From positions 59,584 through 123,583 of the forward strand of contig CAVXYP010000014.1 of the NCBI GenBank assembly GCA_963766035.1: a stretch of DNA of 64,000 nucleotides, written 5' to 3'. The stretch comes from an uncultured Actinomycetota bacterium. GTDB taxonomy: Bacteria > Actinomycetota > Actinomycetes > Propionibacteriales > Nocardioidaceae. Below are positions 29,626 to 38,387 of the stretch, piece by piece; within the stretch, counting starts at the first letter, position 1; each line of letters starts with the position of its first letter. A program made the position numbers and the translations under genes. The notes beneath the pieces are model-generated. The model searched no databases, had not been told where the DNA came from, and worked only from the letters and a program-made list of their open reading frames with translations.

Positions 29626-30726
29626 GTGGACATCGAGTCCTTCCTGCTACCCGTCGTCGACATCGTCGACGAGACGGCGGACGCCCGCTCCATCAGCTTC
29701 GAGGTGCCGGCCGACGCGCCGGAGAAGTTCGTCTACAAGCCGGGACAGTTCCTCACGGTGGCGGTGCCCAGCGACCTGACGGGCATCGCGGCGCGGTGCT
29801 ACTCGCTGTCCAGCAGCCCGCACGACGGCGGTCCGCTGACGGTCACCGTCAAACGCACGGTGGAGGGCTACGCGTCGAACTGGATCTGCGACAACCTCGA
29901 GGTCGGCGACACGCTGCGCGTGCTGCCGCCGTCGGGCATCTTCACACCCGCCTCGATCGACGCCGACCTGCTGCTGTTCGCCGGCGGCAGCGGTGTCACC
30001 CCGATCATGTCGATCACCCGCACCGCGCTCGACGAGGGCACGGGCAAGATCGTGGTCTTCTACGCCAACCGCGACGAGACCTCGGTGATCTTCGCCTCGG
30101 AGTTCACCCGGCTGGCCGCCGAGAACCCCGACCGGCTGCAGGTGGTCCACTGGCTCGAGTCGGTGCAGGGCATCCCGTCGCCGGAGCAGATCAAGGCGTT
30201 CGTCGAGCCCTACCTGGCGTACGACGCCTTCGTGTGCGGCCCGGCCCCCTACATGAAGATGGTCACGACCGTGCTGCGCGAGCTGGAGTTCCCGCGCGAC
30301 CGGCGGCACCAGGAGAAGTTCGTCTCGCTCGGCGGCAACCCGTTCGGTGACATCGAGGAGATGCAGGAGGCCGAGCGCGAGATCGCGGAGGCCGAGTCCG
30401 ACGAAGCGGACTCCGCGACGGAGGCTGACGGCCTGGCTGGCCCGGTCGGCCCGGTCAAGGTCGAGGTCGAGCTCGACGGCCAGAGCTACACCTTCGACGA
30501 CTGGGACCCGAAGGTGAAGCTCCTCGAGTTCCTCGAGAGCAAGGGTGTGAAGGCGCCGTACTCCTGCCGCGAGGGAGAGTGCTCGGCGTGCGCCATCCGG
30601 TTGCTCGAGGGTGAGGTCAGGCTGCTGCACAACGACGTCCTCGATGCGGAGGACCTCGCCGACGGCATCCGGCTCGGCTGTCAGTCCCTCCCGGTGACCG
30701 ACACCTTGAAGGTCACCTACAACTGA
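29626..30726 (+). CDS. kshB: 3-ketosteroid 9-alpha-hydroxylase reductase subunit (FNR-like + plant-type 2Fe-2S)
   Basis: 366 aa, GTG start. FAD motif RCYSLSS, NAD fold GGSGVTP, C-terminal CREGECSACAIRLLEG. Confidence 0.85.
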   Translation: MDIESFLLPVVDIVDETADARSISFEVPADAPEKFVYKPGQFLTVAVPSDLTGIAARCYSLSSSPHDGGPLTVTVKRTVEGYASNWICDNLEVGDTLRVLPPSGIFTPASIDADLLLFAGGSGVTPIMSITRTALDEGTGKIVVFYANRDETSVIFASEFTRLAAENPDRLQVVHWLESVQGIPSPEQIKAFVEPYLAYDAFVCGPAPYMKMVTTVLRELEFPRDRRHQEKFVSLGGNPFGDIEEMQEAEREIAEAESDEADSATEADGLAGPVGPVKVEVELDGQSYTFDDWDPKVKLLEFLESKGVKAPYSCREGECSACAIRLLEGEVRLLHNDVLDAEDLADGIRLGCQSLPVTDTLKVTYN

Positions 30727-30734
30727 GTCCGGCC

Positions 30735-32678
30735 CTAGCTCAGCCGAGCCGCGAGCCGGGTCGCGTTCATGTAGGCGATCGACTCGATCGAGATCATCGG
30801 GTTGACGCCGGACGACGTCGGGAAGCAGGACCCGTCCGCGACGTACAGGCCGGGCAGGTCCCAGGTCTGGCCGTCGGGATCGACAGCCGAGGTCGCGGGT
30901 GAGCCGCCCATCCTGGCCGATCCCATGATGTGGAGCGCCGCGAGTGCCAGCCTGGCGGGGTCGGTGCCGGCGGCGCGGAGGTCGGCCTCGAAGGTGGTGA
31001 GCGATCCGCTGACCCCGGGCTGGTAGCCGACGGTCTGGTGATGCGTCGTGGTGATCCGCCGGGCGCCCGCCGCCTCGGCGATCCTGGCCGCGCCGACCAG
31101 TCCCTGCTGGAGGTGCTCGGAGTCGTGGTCCGACAGCAGGTAGCGGACGACCGGCTCGCCGTCGCGACCGGTGCGGACGGTGCCGACGGAGTCGCGGTCG
31201 CGCAGGATGACCGCGACGCCGAGGCTGTGGCGCAGCTCGATCATCTGTTGCCGGAACGCGTCGGCGCCGCGCCAGTTGATGAACCCCGTGCCGAACGCGG
31301 GCGTGATCGGAGCGGTCTCGAAGAGGATGCCGTAGCCCTGGCCGTCGAGGTTGGTGAGGTCGTTGACGTAGCGGCTCTGCATGGCTCCGACCCACGGCTC
31401 GACCGGCTCGTCCATCAGGCCCCAGACCGCGGTCGCCGGGTGCAGGCGGAGGTGGTTCCCGACATTCGGGTTGCGGAGACCGCTGCGCTGGAGCAGGGCG
31501 GGCGTCTGGATCGCGCCGGCCGCCGCCACCACCGCCCGAGCGCGGACGGTGACCCGGTGCCCGTCTGCCGTGATCGCCTCGACACCGGTTGCCCGCCCGA
31601 CGGCCTGGGTCACCCGGCGGGCCGTGACGCCGGTGTAGATCCGGGCACCGGCAGCGGCGGCGTCGACGAGCCAGGTCTTCGCGACCGACTGCTTCGCCCC
31701 GATCCGGCAGCCCATGCCGCACCGCCCGCACTCGACGTCCTGGTCGCAGCCGAGGACGTTGCGCGGCATCGCGGCGGAGCTCCAGCCGAGTGCGGTGGCG
31801 CCGCGTTCGAGGACGGCATCACGCGGCGCCGCCCGGTCGTGGTCGGTGTTGACGCCGAGCCGGCCGCAGACGGCATCCAGCGCGGCGTCGTACTCCTCGG
31901 TGACGAACTGCTTCGCCCCGAGGTCGGCCCACTCCTGACGCACGTGGTCGGGGGTGCGGAACGACGTCGTGTAGTTCACGACGGTGCCGCCGCCGAGACC
32001 GCGCCCTGCGAGCAGCCCGATCTGGCCCTCGGCCGTCGCCTGGGGCGCGAGGGCGTAGAGGTTGAGGAACCCGGTCTCCTCGCCGCCGTCGAAGTAGCGC
32101 TCGTCGTGGTAGTCACCCGCCTCGAGGACGATCACGTCGAGCCCCGCTGCCGCCAGCACGCCGGCCGCCGTGCCGCCGCCGGCTCCTGAGCCGACCACGA
32201 CCACGTCGCAGGTCAGGTCGGTGTCGGTGGTCGCCTGCAGCGGCGTCAGCTCAGCGGGAGGTACGTCGTCGCGCGTGCCCAGCGGTCCTGAGTAGCCCAG
32301 CGCGTCCCACAGCGCGGGACCACCCTTGATGTAGTAGGGGAGCAGCGCAGCACCCTTGAGGGCGGAGAAGAGCGCCCGTTTCGCGCCTGCGTCGGAGTCC
32401 GACAGCGCCAGCAGGAACTGCTCGCGGCCGGCCTGGTCGAGCCGGGAGAAGCGCTGTGCCCGTCCGGTGAGAGCCAGCCCGAGGGCCCTCGTGTTCCAGG
32501 CCCGGAGCAGCAGGCGCAGCTGCCGGACCTCGGCCTTCCTCGGGTTGGCCGCCGCGACCTCGAGGGTGAGGTCGACCGCGCCTGCCTCGCTCGCCGACGG
32601 CGCACCGGAGCCGTCACCCGGCGCGAAGGTGTCGCAGATGAGGCGCATGGCCTCGCGCTCGCGGGGCGTGAAGGTCAT
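30735..32678 (-). CDS. GMC-family FAD oxidoreductase with about 150-aa N-terminal extension (long-chain alcohol oxidase-like)
   Basis: 647 aa. VVVVGSGAGGGTAAGVLAAAG dinucleotide fold. The GAGGAG RBS overlaps the BVMO stop. Confidence 0.75.
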   Translation of the reverse strand: MTFTPREREAMRLICDTFAPGDGSGAPSASEAGAVDLTLEVAAANPRKAEVRQLRLLLRAWNTRALGLALTGRAQRFSRLDQAGREQFLLALSDSDAGAKRALFSALKGAALLPYYIKGGPALWDALGYSGPLGTRDDVPPAELTPLQATTDTDLTCDVVVVGSGAGGGTAAGVLAAAGLDVIVLEAGDYHDERYFDGGEETGFLNLYALAPQATAEGQIGLLAGRGLGGGTVVNYTTSFRTPDHVRQEWADLGAKQFVTEEYDAALDAVCGRLGVNTDHDRAAPRDAVLERGATALGWSSAAMPRNVLGCDQDVECGRCGMGCRIGAKQSVAKTWLVDAAAAGARIYTGVTARRVTQAVGRATGVEAITADGHRVTVRARAVVAAAGAIQTPALLQRSGLRNPNVGNHLRLHPATAVWGLMDEPVEPWVGAMQSRYVNDLTNLDGQGYGILFETAPITPAFGTGFINWRGADAFRQQMIELRHSLGVAVILRDRDSVGTVRTGRDGEPVVRYLLSDHDSEHLQQGLVGAARIAEAAGARRITTTHHQTVGYQPGVSGSLTTFEADLRAAGTDPARLALAALHIMGSARMGGSPATSAVDPDGQTWDLPGLYVADGSCFPTSSGVNPMISIESIAYMNATRLAARLS

Positions 32679-32687
32679 GTCCGCTCC

Positions 32688-34142
32688 TCAAGCACTGAAC
32701 TCGACGGCGTCGTCGTCGAGCTTGCTGGATCTGATGAATTTCTTGTCGAAGTACCAGTTGTGCTTGAGCCGCCACGGGTCCTTGTCACCCGCGACGGGCA
32801 GCTTGCCCGCCGCGCGCTGCAGGTAGCCCGAGGTCAGGTCGAAGACCGGCGCCGGCTCGAGCCCCTCCTGCACACGCGGGGTGACGACCTTCAGGTTGTG
32901 CTGGTCCATGTGCTCGAGCAGGCGCACGACGTACTCGCAGACGAGGTCGGCCTTCAACGTCCAGGAGGCGTTGGAGTAGCCGATGATGAACGCGAAGTTG
33001 GGGACGTCGCTGAGCATCAGCGCCTTGTAGGTGAACGTGGTGCCGAGGTCGACCTTCGCCCCGTCGACCACGAGCTCCGCGCCACCCATGGGGACCACGT
33101 CGAGGCCGGTAGCCGTGACGACGATGTCGGCCTTCAGCTCCTGCCCCGACGCCAGCACGATCGCGTCGTGGGAAAAGCGCTCGATGTGGTCGGTCACGAT
33201 GTCGACCTTGTGGCTGTGGATCGCCTTGAACAGGTCGGCGCCGGGCACCACGCAGAGCCGCTGGTCCCAGGGGGCGTACGGCGGGGTCAGGTGCGTGTCG
33301 TAGTCGAAGTCGTCGGGGAGGTGGAGCTTGGCCCACCGCTTGAGCAGGGCCTTCGCCGCCTTCGGGTTGCGCCGGCAGAACTCGTAGAAGCCGATGGTCA
33401 CCGCGGCGTACCGCGCGTGGATCGCCTTGGCGGCCAGCTTCGCCGGCATGGTCCGCTTCAGCGTCTGCGCGATCGGGTCGATCTTCGGCTGGCTGACGAT
33501 GTAGGTCGGCGTGCGCTGGAGCATCGTGATGTGCCCGGCGTCGCGGGCCATCGACGGGATCAGGGTGACGGCCGTGGCGCCGGACCCGATCACGACGATC
33601 CGCTTGCCGGTGTAGTCGAGGTCGTCCGGCCAGTGCTGGGGATGGATCACGGTGCCCTGGAAGTCCGCGAAACCGGGCCAGTCGGGGGTGTAGCCGGCCT
33701 CGTAGTTGTAGTAGCCGCTGGTGGAGAACAGGAAGTCGCAGGTCAGCGTCTCCGTCTCGCCGGTCTCGGTGTTCTCCGTGACCACCGTCCAGTGCTGGTC
33801 GTCCGACGACCACTCGAACGTGGTGGCCTTGCGGTGGTAGCGGATCCTCTTGTCGACGCCGTACTCGGCGGCCGTGTCGCGCAGGTACTGAAGGATGTCG
33901 GCGCCGTCGGCGATCGCGTCCTTGCCGTCCCAGGGGCGGAAGCCGAAGCCGAGGGTGTACATGTCGGAGTCCGACCGGATGCCGGGATAGGTGAACAGGC
34001 TCCAGGTGCCGCCGAGCTCGCCGCGCTGCTCGAGGACCGCGTAGTTCTTCGCCGGGAACGCCCGACTGATGTGGACGGCTGCGTCGATGCCCGAGAGGCC
34101 GGCCCCGACGATCAGCACCTCCAGGTGGGTGGCCTCGGTCAT
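32688..34142 (-). CDS. Baeyer-Villiger flavin monooxygenase (EthA-like)
   Basis: GAGLSGI FAD fold, BVMO fingerprint FQGTVIHPQHWPD, second fold VIGSGATA. ATG 34142 is preferred over GTG 34148 because AAGGAG lies 6 nt upstream. Confidence 0.85.
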   Translation of the reverse strand: MTEATHLEVLIVGAGLSGIDAAVHISRAFPAKNYAVLEQRGELGGTWSLFTYPGIRSDSDMYTLGFGFRPWDGKDAIADGADILQYLRDTAAEYGVDKRIRYHRKATTFEWSSDDQHWTVVTENTETGETETLTCDFLFSTSGYYNYEAGYTPDWPGFADFQGTVIHPQHWPDDLDYTGKRIVVIGSGATAVTLIPSMARDAGHITMLQRTPTYIVSQPKIDPIAQTLKRTMPAKLAAKAIHARYAAVTIGFYEFCRRNPKAAKALLKRWAKLHLPDDFDYDTHLTPPYAPWDQRLCVVPGADLFKAIHSHKVDIVTDHIERFSHDAIVLASGQELKADIVVTATGLDVVPMGGAELVVDGAKVDLGTTFTYKALMLSDVPNFAFIIGYSNASWTLKADLVCEYVVRLLEHMDQHNLKVVTPRVQEGLEPAPVFDLTSGYLQRAAGKLPVAGDKDPWRLKHNWYFDKKFIRSSKLDDDAVEFSA

Positions 34143-34144
34143 GG

Positions 34145-34401
34145 TCACTCCTTGGGGTCGAGTGCGGCGGCGGGGTTGGCCTCGTTGGCGTCCATCCGGG
34201 GGAGCAGGTCGGGCACGAAGCGGAGGATGGTCCGGGCGCCGGCGGCGGAGTTCACCACGTTGCGGCGGCCGGGTCGGTGTTCATGCCGCGAGCTCCGCCG
34301 GTGATCAGGACGACCTGGCCTTCGAGCGGTTTTTCGGGGTCCCCGCGACGTTGTTCGGGGGAGCGAAGCGGAGGAGAAGAACGTCGTGGGGTGTTGCTCA
34401 T
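34145..34401 (-). pseudogene. gene remnant: SDR-like N-terminus (VVLITGGARGM) then frame change, total under 90 codons
   Basis: ATG 34401 overlaps the upstream stop (ATGA). It codes 49 aa to TGA at 34254-34252. A second high-GC3 frame (NVVNSAAGARTILRFVPDLLPRMDANEANPAAALDPKE) then runs to TGA at 34147-34145. Far too short for an SDR. Confidence 0.4.
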
Positions 34402-36315
34402 ACGGGCTCCTTGGTCTTTGCGGGAGTGGGGGCGGCCGGCTGGGCGGCGCGGTTGTAGCACCAGCCGTAGAAGAGGATCAGTGCGAGCCAGGCGGCGATC
34501 ACGGTGAGGTAGCCGACCGTCCACCACCAGGTCGGCACGTCCTCCTTCTTCTCCCGCTGGAGGAACTTGCTCTCGAGAACGGTCTGGACCGTCGGCGCCG
34601 TTCTCGACGACGACCGCCCGCCCCTGGGCACCCTCGATCGCCGGGTCGTCGGGTGCGTACATCGGGAACGAGATCATCTCGCTCGGGGCGATGTGGAGCC
34701 GGAGCAGTGTCTTCCAGTTGCCGTAGAGCGGCACCGGGTCCTCGGTGCGGTACTCGCCCGGGTTGCCGGTGGGCTCGAGCGCGCTGCGGACGATGCCGGG
34801 CACGTCGGCGACGGGGTCACGCGGCACGTCGTCCGGCGAGCCCTTCGGCCGGCCCTGCCAGGCGAGTGCGTAGAACCAGACGGCTCCGTCGACCGCGTCC
34901 TGGTCCTTCTCGTCGATCTGGATGGTGATCGTCGCCAGGCACTGGGTCTCGCCGCCGGCGCAGGACGCGGCACCGCTGGTGACGTCGCTGAACCTGACGA
35001 CACCCGCGTAGGTCTCGGGCGCCCGGGGCACGGCGAACGCACCCATCAGGCCGACGAAGACGACGAACGCAGCCAGTCCGTACCAGCGGCGGGGCAGCGG
35101 CCGGCCCGGCTCGGGCGGTGTGCTGCGACCGGCCAGGGTCAGCCGGCTGAGCATCCAGACCGCCATGCACCCGCCGCCGATGCCGGCGATCGTGCTGACG
35201 CCGAGGAGGAACGGCAGGGCGTCGGCGTTGAACGGCTGCGGCAGGGGCATGAAGAACTTCGACCACAGCCATTCGCCGTACATGCCGAGCGAGCCGACGA
35301 GCAGCCCGGACACCAGCACGAACGGGACCTGCCGGTCCTTGCGCTTGGGCTGGAGGAGCGCGGCGACGAGCTCGATGATCACGGCCGACGGCCAGAGCAG
35401 CAGGAAGCGTGCGGTGAGCACGTCGGGCAGCACCCAGACGGTGGCCCAGAGGAAGAGGTGCGCGACCCAGAACGCTCCGGCGACCAGGAGCGCGCCTCCC
35501 GGCCCGAGCCAGAGTCGTACGGCGCAGCCGATCCAGGTGACGAGGAACGCGAAGATGAGGAACTGGGTGACCGCGGGGAACTGGGGCACGCCGAGGTCGA
35601 ACTCCATCAGGAACGCGAACGGCACACCGCAGACGGTGATCCCGAGGGCGCCGAGGACGCGGCCGATGACGCCCTCGGTCCGCGGCGCGCTCACCTGGGC
35701 CGCCTCGGCCAGCAGCAGCGGGATGCCGAGCACGAACGTCACGGCGCCGCCGATCATCATCACGTGCGTCGGGCCCCACTCGGTCACGTCCTGGCCGAAC
35801 AACCGGTGCCACAGGTCGTCGGCGGGGAAGCCGACCAGCGCGATCAGGCCGGCTCCGGTGATCACCACCGAGCCCAGGGGCACCCGCCAGCTCTTGGAGA
35901 GCTTGATGGTGTGCCGGGGCAGCGGGTCACGTGCGAGACCCATGCTGAGGATCCCGGCGTGGCAGAAGCCGAGGATGCCCAGGAAGATCGGGTAGTGGCT
36001 GGGGTTCGCCAGCGGGCCGGGGTCGCGGCCGTTCTGCATGTGGATCGGGACGTCCCACCAGACCCCCCACCCGGCGAGCGCGGCCGACCCGAGGCCGAGA
36101 GCGGCCGGGAGCGCGACCCAGCGCGGGAGTCTGACCAGCTCGGCCGCCCAGTCGGCCCACCGGCTGACGAAGGTGGGCTTGTCGGCCCGCTCGCGGAGCA
36201 CGACCCACCCGAAGAACAGGATGACGACCCCGGCCATCCCGCCGGCGATCATGATCTCGCTGAAAGCGGCGCCGGCTGCCGGGGGAGTCTCGGCGGCCGC
36301 CACGAAGGTGCCCAT
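34398..36315 (-). pseudogene. large polytopic membrane protein of unknown function, interrupted by a frameshift near 34585-34595
   Basis: ATG 36315 (MGTFVAAAETPP...), then many hydrophobic segments and an apparent extracytoplasmic domain (...YGNWKTLLRLHIAPSEMISFPMYAPDDPAIEG). After ...VVVENGADG the GC3 in this frame collapses. The other frame has about 95% GC3 and encodes VQTVLESKFLQREKKEDVPTWWWTVGYLTVIAAWLALILFYGWCYN... to TGA at 34400-34398. Confidence 0.6.
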
Positions 36316-36640
36316 TTCGTGAACGTAGGGCGCGGCGGATCGCGGGGTCAAGCAACCTCGCCGTGATTCGCGGGACACGATGTACCGAATACTGTTCCGG
36401 GGTCGTGGCGGGTGAGGAAGCGACGATCTGCGGTTGGACCGCTAGACTGGTTCCCAGTTGAAGGAGCCCGTCACGCACGGGTCCCCCCGGCGCCGCACTG
36501 CAGGGCGTCGGTTCATCTACATGTTTCCTTGCGGCCTGTCGTTCGGGCTGCCGTCGAGGTTCCACGAAGATGTGTTCATCCGCGCGGCAGGCACCATCGT
36601 CTGCGCGTCTCGACAGCAGTAACCAACAAGGAGAAACAGA

Positions 36641-36844
36641 ATGGCCACCGGAACCGTCAAGTGGTTCAACGACACCAAGGGCTTCGGCTTCATCGCGCAG
36701 GACGGCGGTGACGGCGACGTCTTCGTTCACCACACCGGCATTGCCGGCTCGGGCTTCAAGTCGCTTGCTGAGGACCAGAAGGTCGAGTTCGACGTCACCC
36801 GCGGCCCGAAGGGTCTGCAGGCTGAGAACGTTCGCCCTCTCTGA
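36641..36844 (+). CDS. cspA: cold-shock protein (CspA family)
   Basis: 67 aa, [18 protein letters not shown]...DVFVHH (RNP1/RNP2). AAGGAG RBS. About 260 nt of upstream untranslated region. Confidence 0.95.
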   Translation: MATGTVKWFNDTKGFGFIAQDGGDGDVFVHHTGIAGSGFKSLAEDQKVEFDVTRGPKGLQAENVRPL

Positions 36845-36860
36845 GCGAGCTCGTTGTAGC

Positions 36861-36892
36861 GAACGGCCCCCACCTTCGGGTGGGGGCCGTTC
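36861..36892 (+). terminator. intrinsic terminator hairpin after cspA
   Basis: GAACGGCCCCCACC-TTCG-GGTGGGGGCCGTTC is a perfect 14-bp stem with a tetraloop, 17 nt after the stop, followed by GTCGTTGT. Confidence 0.8.
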
Positions 36893-36965
36893 GTCGTTGT
36901 GACTGGTCCAGCGCGTCTCCGGCGCGCTGCCCACTGGTCAAGACTCGGACGGCTCCTCGAGCCGG

Positions 36966-37646
36966 TCACCAGCCGCGCTTCCGCCATTCGGCCAGTCCTG
37001 GACGCTCCGTGCCGAGGGTTGAGTCGTTGCCGTGGCCCGGGTAGAACCAGGTGTCGTCCGGGAGCGCACCGAAGAGCTTCGCCTCGACGTCGTCGATGAG
37101 GGTGGCGAAGGCCGCGCTGTCGCCGAAGGTGTTGCCGACCCCGCCCGGGAACAGTGAGTCGCCGGTGAACAGGTGCGGGTGGCCGTCGGGGTCGCGGTAG
37201 AGCAGGCAGATCGAGCCGGGGGTGTGGCCGGTGATCCGGATGACCTCGAGCCGGCACTCGCCGACCTCGATCACGTCGCCGTCGGTGACGGTGCGGTCGA
37301 CCGGGACGCCGGTCTGCTCGGTGATCGCCGCGGCGTCCGGCTCGCCGGCGACGACGGTCGCGTCCGTGATCCGGACGACCTCGGCGAGGGCCCGGTGATG
37401 GTCCCAGTGCTGGTGCGTGGTGATCACGGTCTTCAGGCCGGTGTCGACCACCGTCATCAGCGTGTCCGCCTCGGCGGCGGCGTCGATCAGTGCCTTCTCG
37501 TTGGTCGTCCGGCACTCCAGCACGTAGGCGTTGTTGGACATCTGCTCGTCGACCGCCACCTTGGTGATGATCAGCTGCGGCAGCTCACGGACGTCGGGGT
37601 CGCCCCCCGGGGTCACGGCTCCGGTGTAGTCAGTAGACATCGTCAT
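36966..37646 (-). CDS. MBL-fold metallo-hydrolase (glyoxalase II-like)
   Basis: 226 aa with the HQHWDHH (HxHxDH) motif. The start overlaps the upstream stop (ATGA). Confidence 0.85.
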   Translation of the reverse strand: MTMSTDYTGAVTPGGDPDVRELPQLIITKVAVDEQMSNNAYVLECRTTNEKALIDAAAEADTLMTVVDTGLKTVITTHQHWDHHRALAEVVRITDATVVAGEPDAAAITEQTGVPVDRTVTDGDVIEVGECRLEVIRITGHTPGSICLLYRDPDGHPHLFTGDSLFPGGVGNTFGDSAAFATLIDDVEAKLFGALPDDTWFYPGHGNDSTLGTERPGLAEWRKRGW

Positions 37647-38329
37647 CGTCCCTCCATGGTGGGCAGTGTGCCGGTCGAGCTGGTCAGCTGGCCACCGGGA
37701 TCACGGCCGGTCATCCACCACGCCAGAGCCGAGACCGGGCCGGACACGACCGGAGCGTCGGCAGCGGGGGAGCCGAGCGACCATTCCCGGTCGAGATCTG
37801 TGGCGTGCGCGGTGAAGCCGGCGCCGTCGTACCTCCCCGCGTCGCGGGAGAGGAACGCCTCCGCGGTCTCCGCCGGCCAGTCGGCGTGGCCGTAGCCGGC
37901 GTCGAGGTCGGCGTGGTGGATCTCGACCTCACGCAGCCGCAGCGTCGGCACCACGGCAGCCGGCACGACGACACCGCCCGGCGTCCGCTCGAAGGTCGTC
38001 CCCTCCGGCAGTGAGGCCAGTCCGGTGACGGCGTCGGCGAACAGGACGGCCGAGCTCCGGACCCGGTCGCGGACCTGGTCAGGCGGCGCGGCGGCTAGCG
38101 CGACGATGTCCTCGTCGCGGCGCTCGTTGGAGACATACATGGTCGTCGGCCGGCCGTCGAGGAGGCCGCGTACGGCGCCGCCGAGTCCCTCGGCGTTCAG
38201 CGCGAGGTGCGCGATCACATGCGCCCGTGACCACCCGGCGCACACGCTCGGGGCACTCCAGGCATCGTCGGCGAGTGCGTCGACGGTGGTCATGAGCCGC
38301 TCCGTAGCGGCCGAGATCTGATCGGTCAC
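37643..38329 (-). CDS. maleylpyruvate isomerase-family mycothiol-dependent enzyme (DinB/MDMPI fold)
   Basis: Start set at GTG 38329 (VTDQISAATERLMTTVDALADDAWSAPSVCAGWSRAHVIAHL). The tracked ORF further upstream runs across the uvrA promoter and start. Confidence 0.7.
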   Translation of the reverse strand: MTDQISAATERLMTTVDALADDAWSAPSVCAGWSRAHVIAHLALNAEGLGGAVRGLLDGRPTTMYVSNERRDEDIVALAAAPPDQVRDRVRSSAVLFADAVTGLASLPEGTTFERTPGGVVVPAAVVPTLRLREVEIHHADLDAGYGHADWPAETAEAFLSRDAGRYDGAGFTAHATDLDREWSLGSPAADAPVVSGPVSALAWWMTGRDPGGQLTSSTGTLPTMEGR

Positions 38330-38387
38330 GGTCCCATCATGCCCCCGGCAAATTTCGGCTGTCGGCGGCGCGTGAGAGTCTGGCGAC

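Noticed and set aside
36379-36640. ORF 36412..36711(+) and possible extra gene upstream of cspA
   Set aside because: The translation is Arg-rich with poor codon usage, and the ORF overlaps the cspA start out of frame. The region is better explained as the long cspA 5' leader and promoter.
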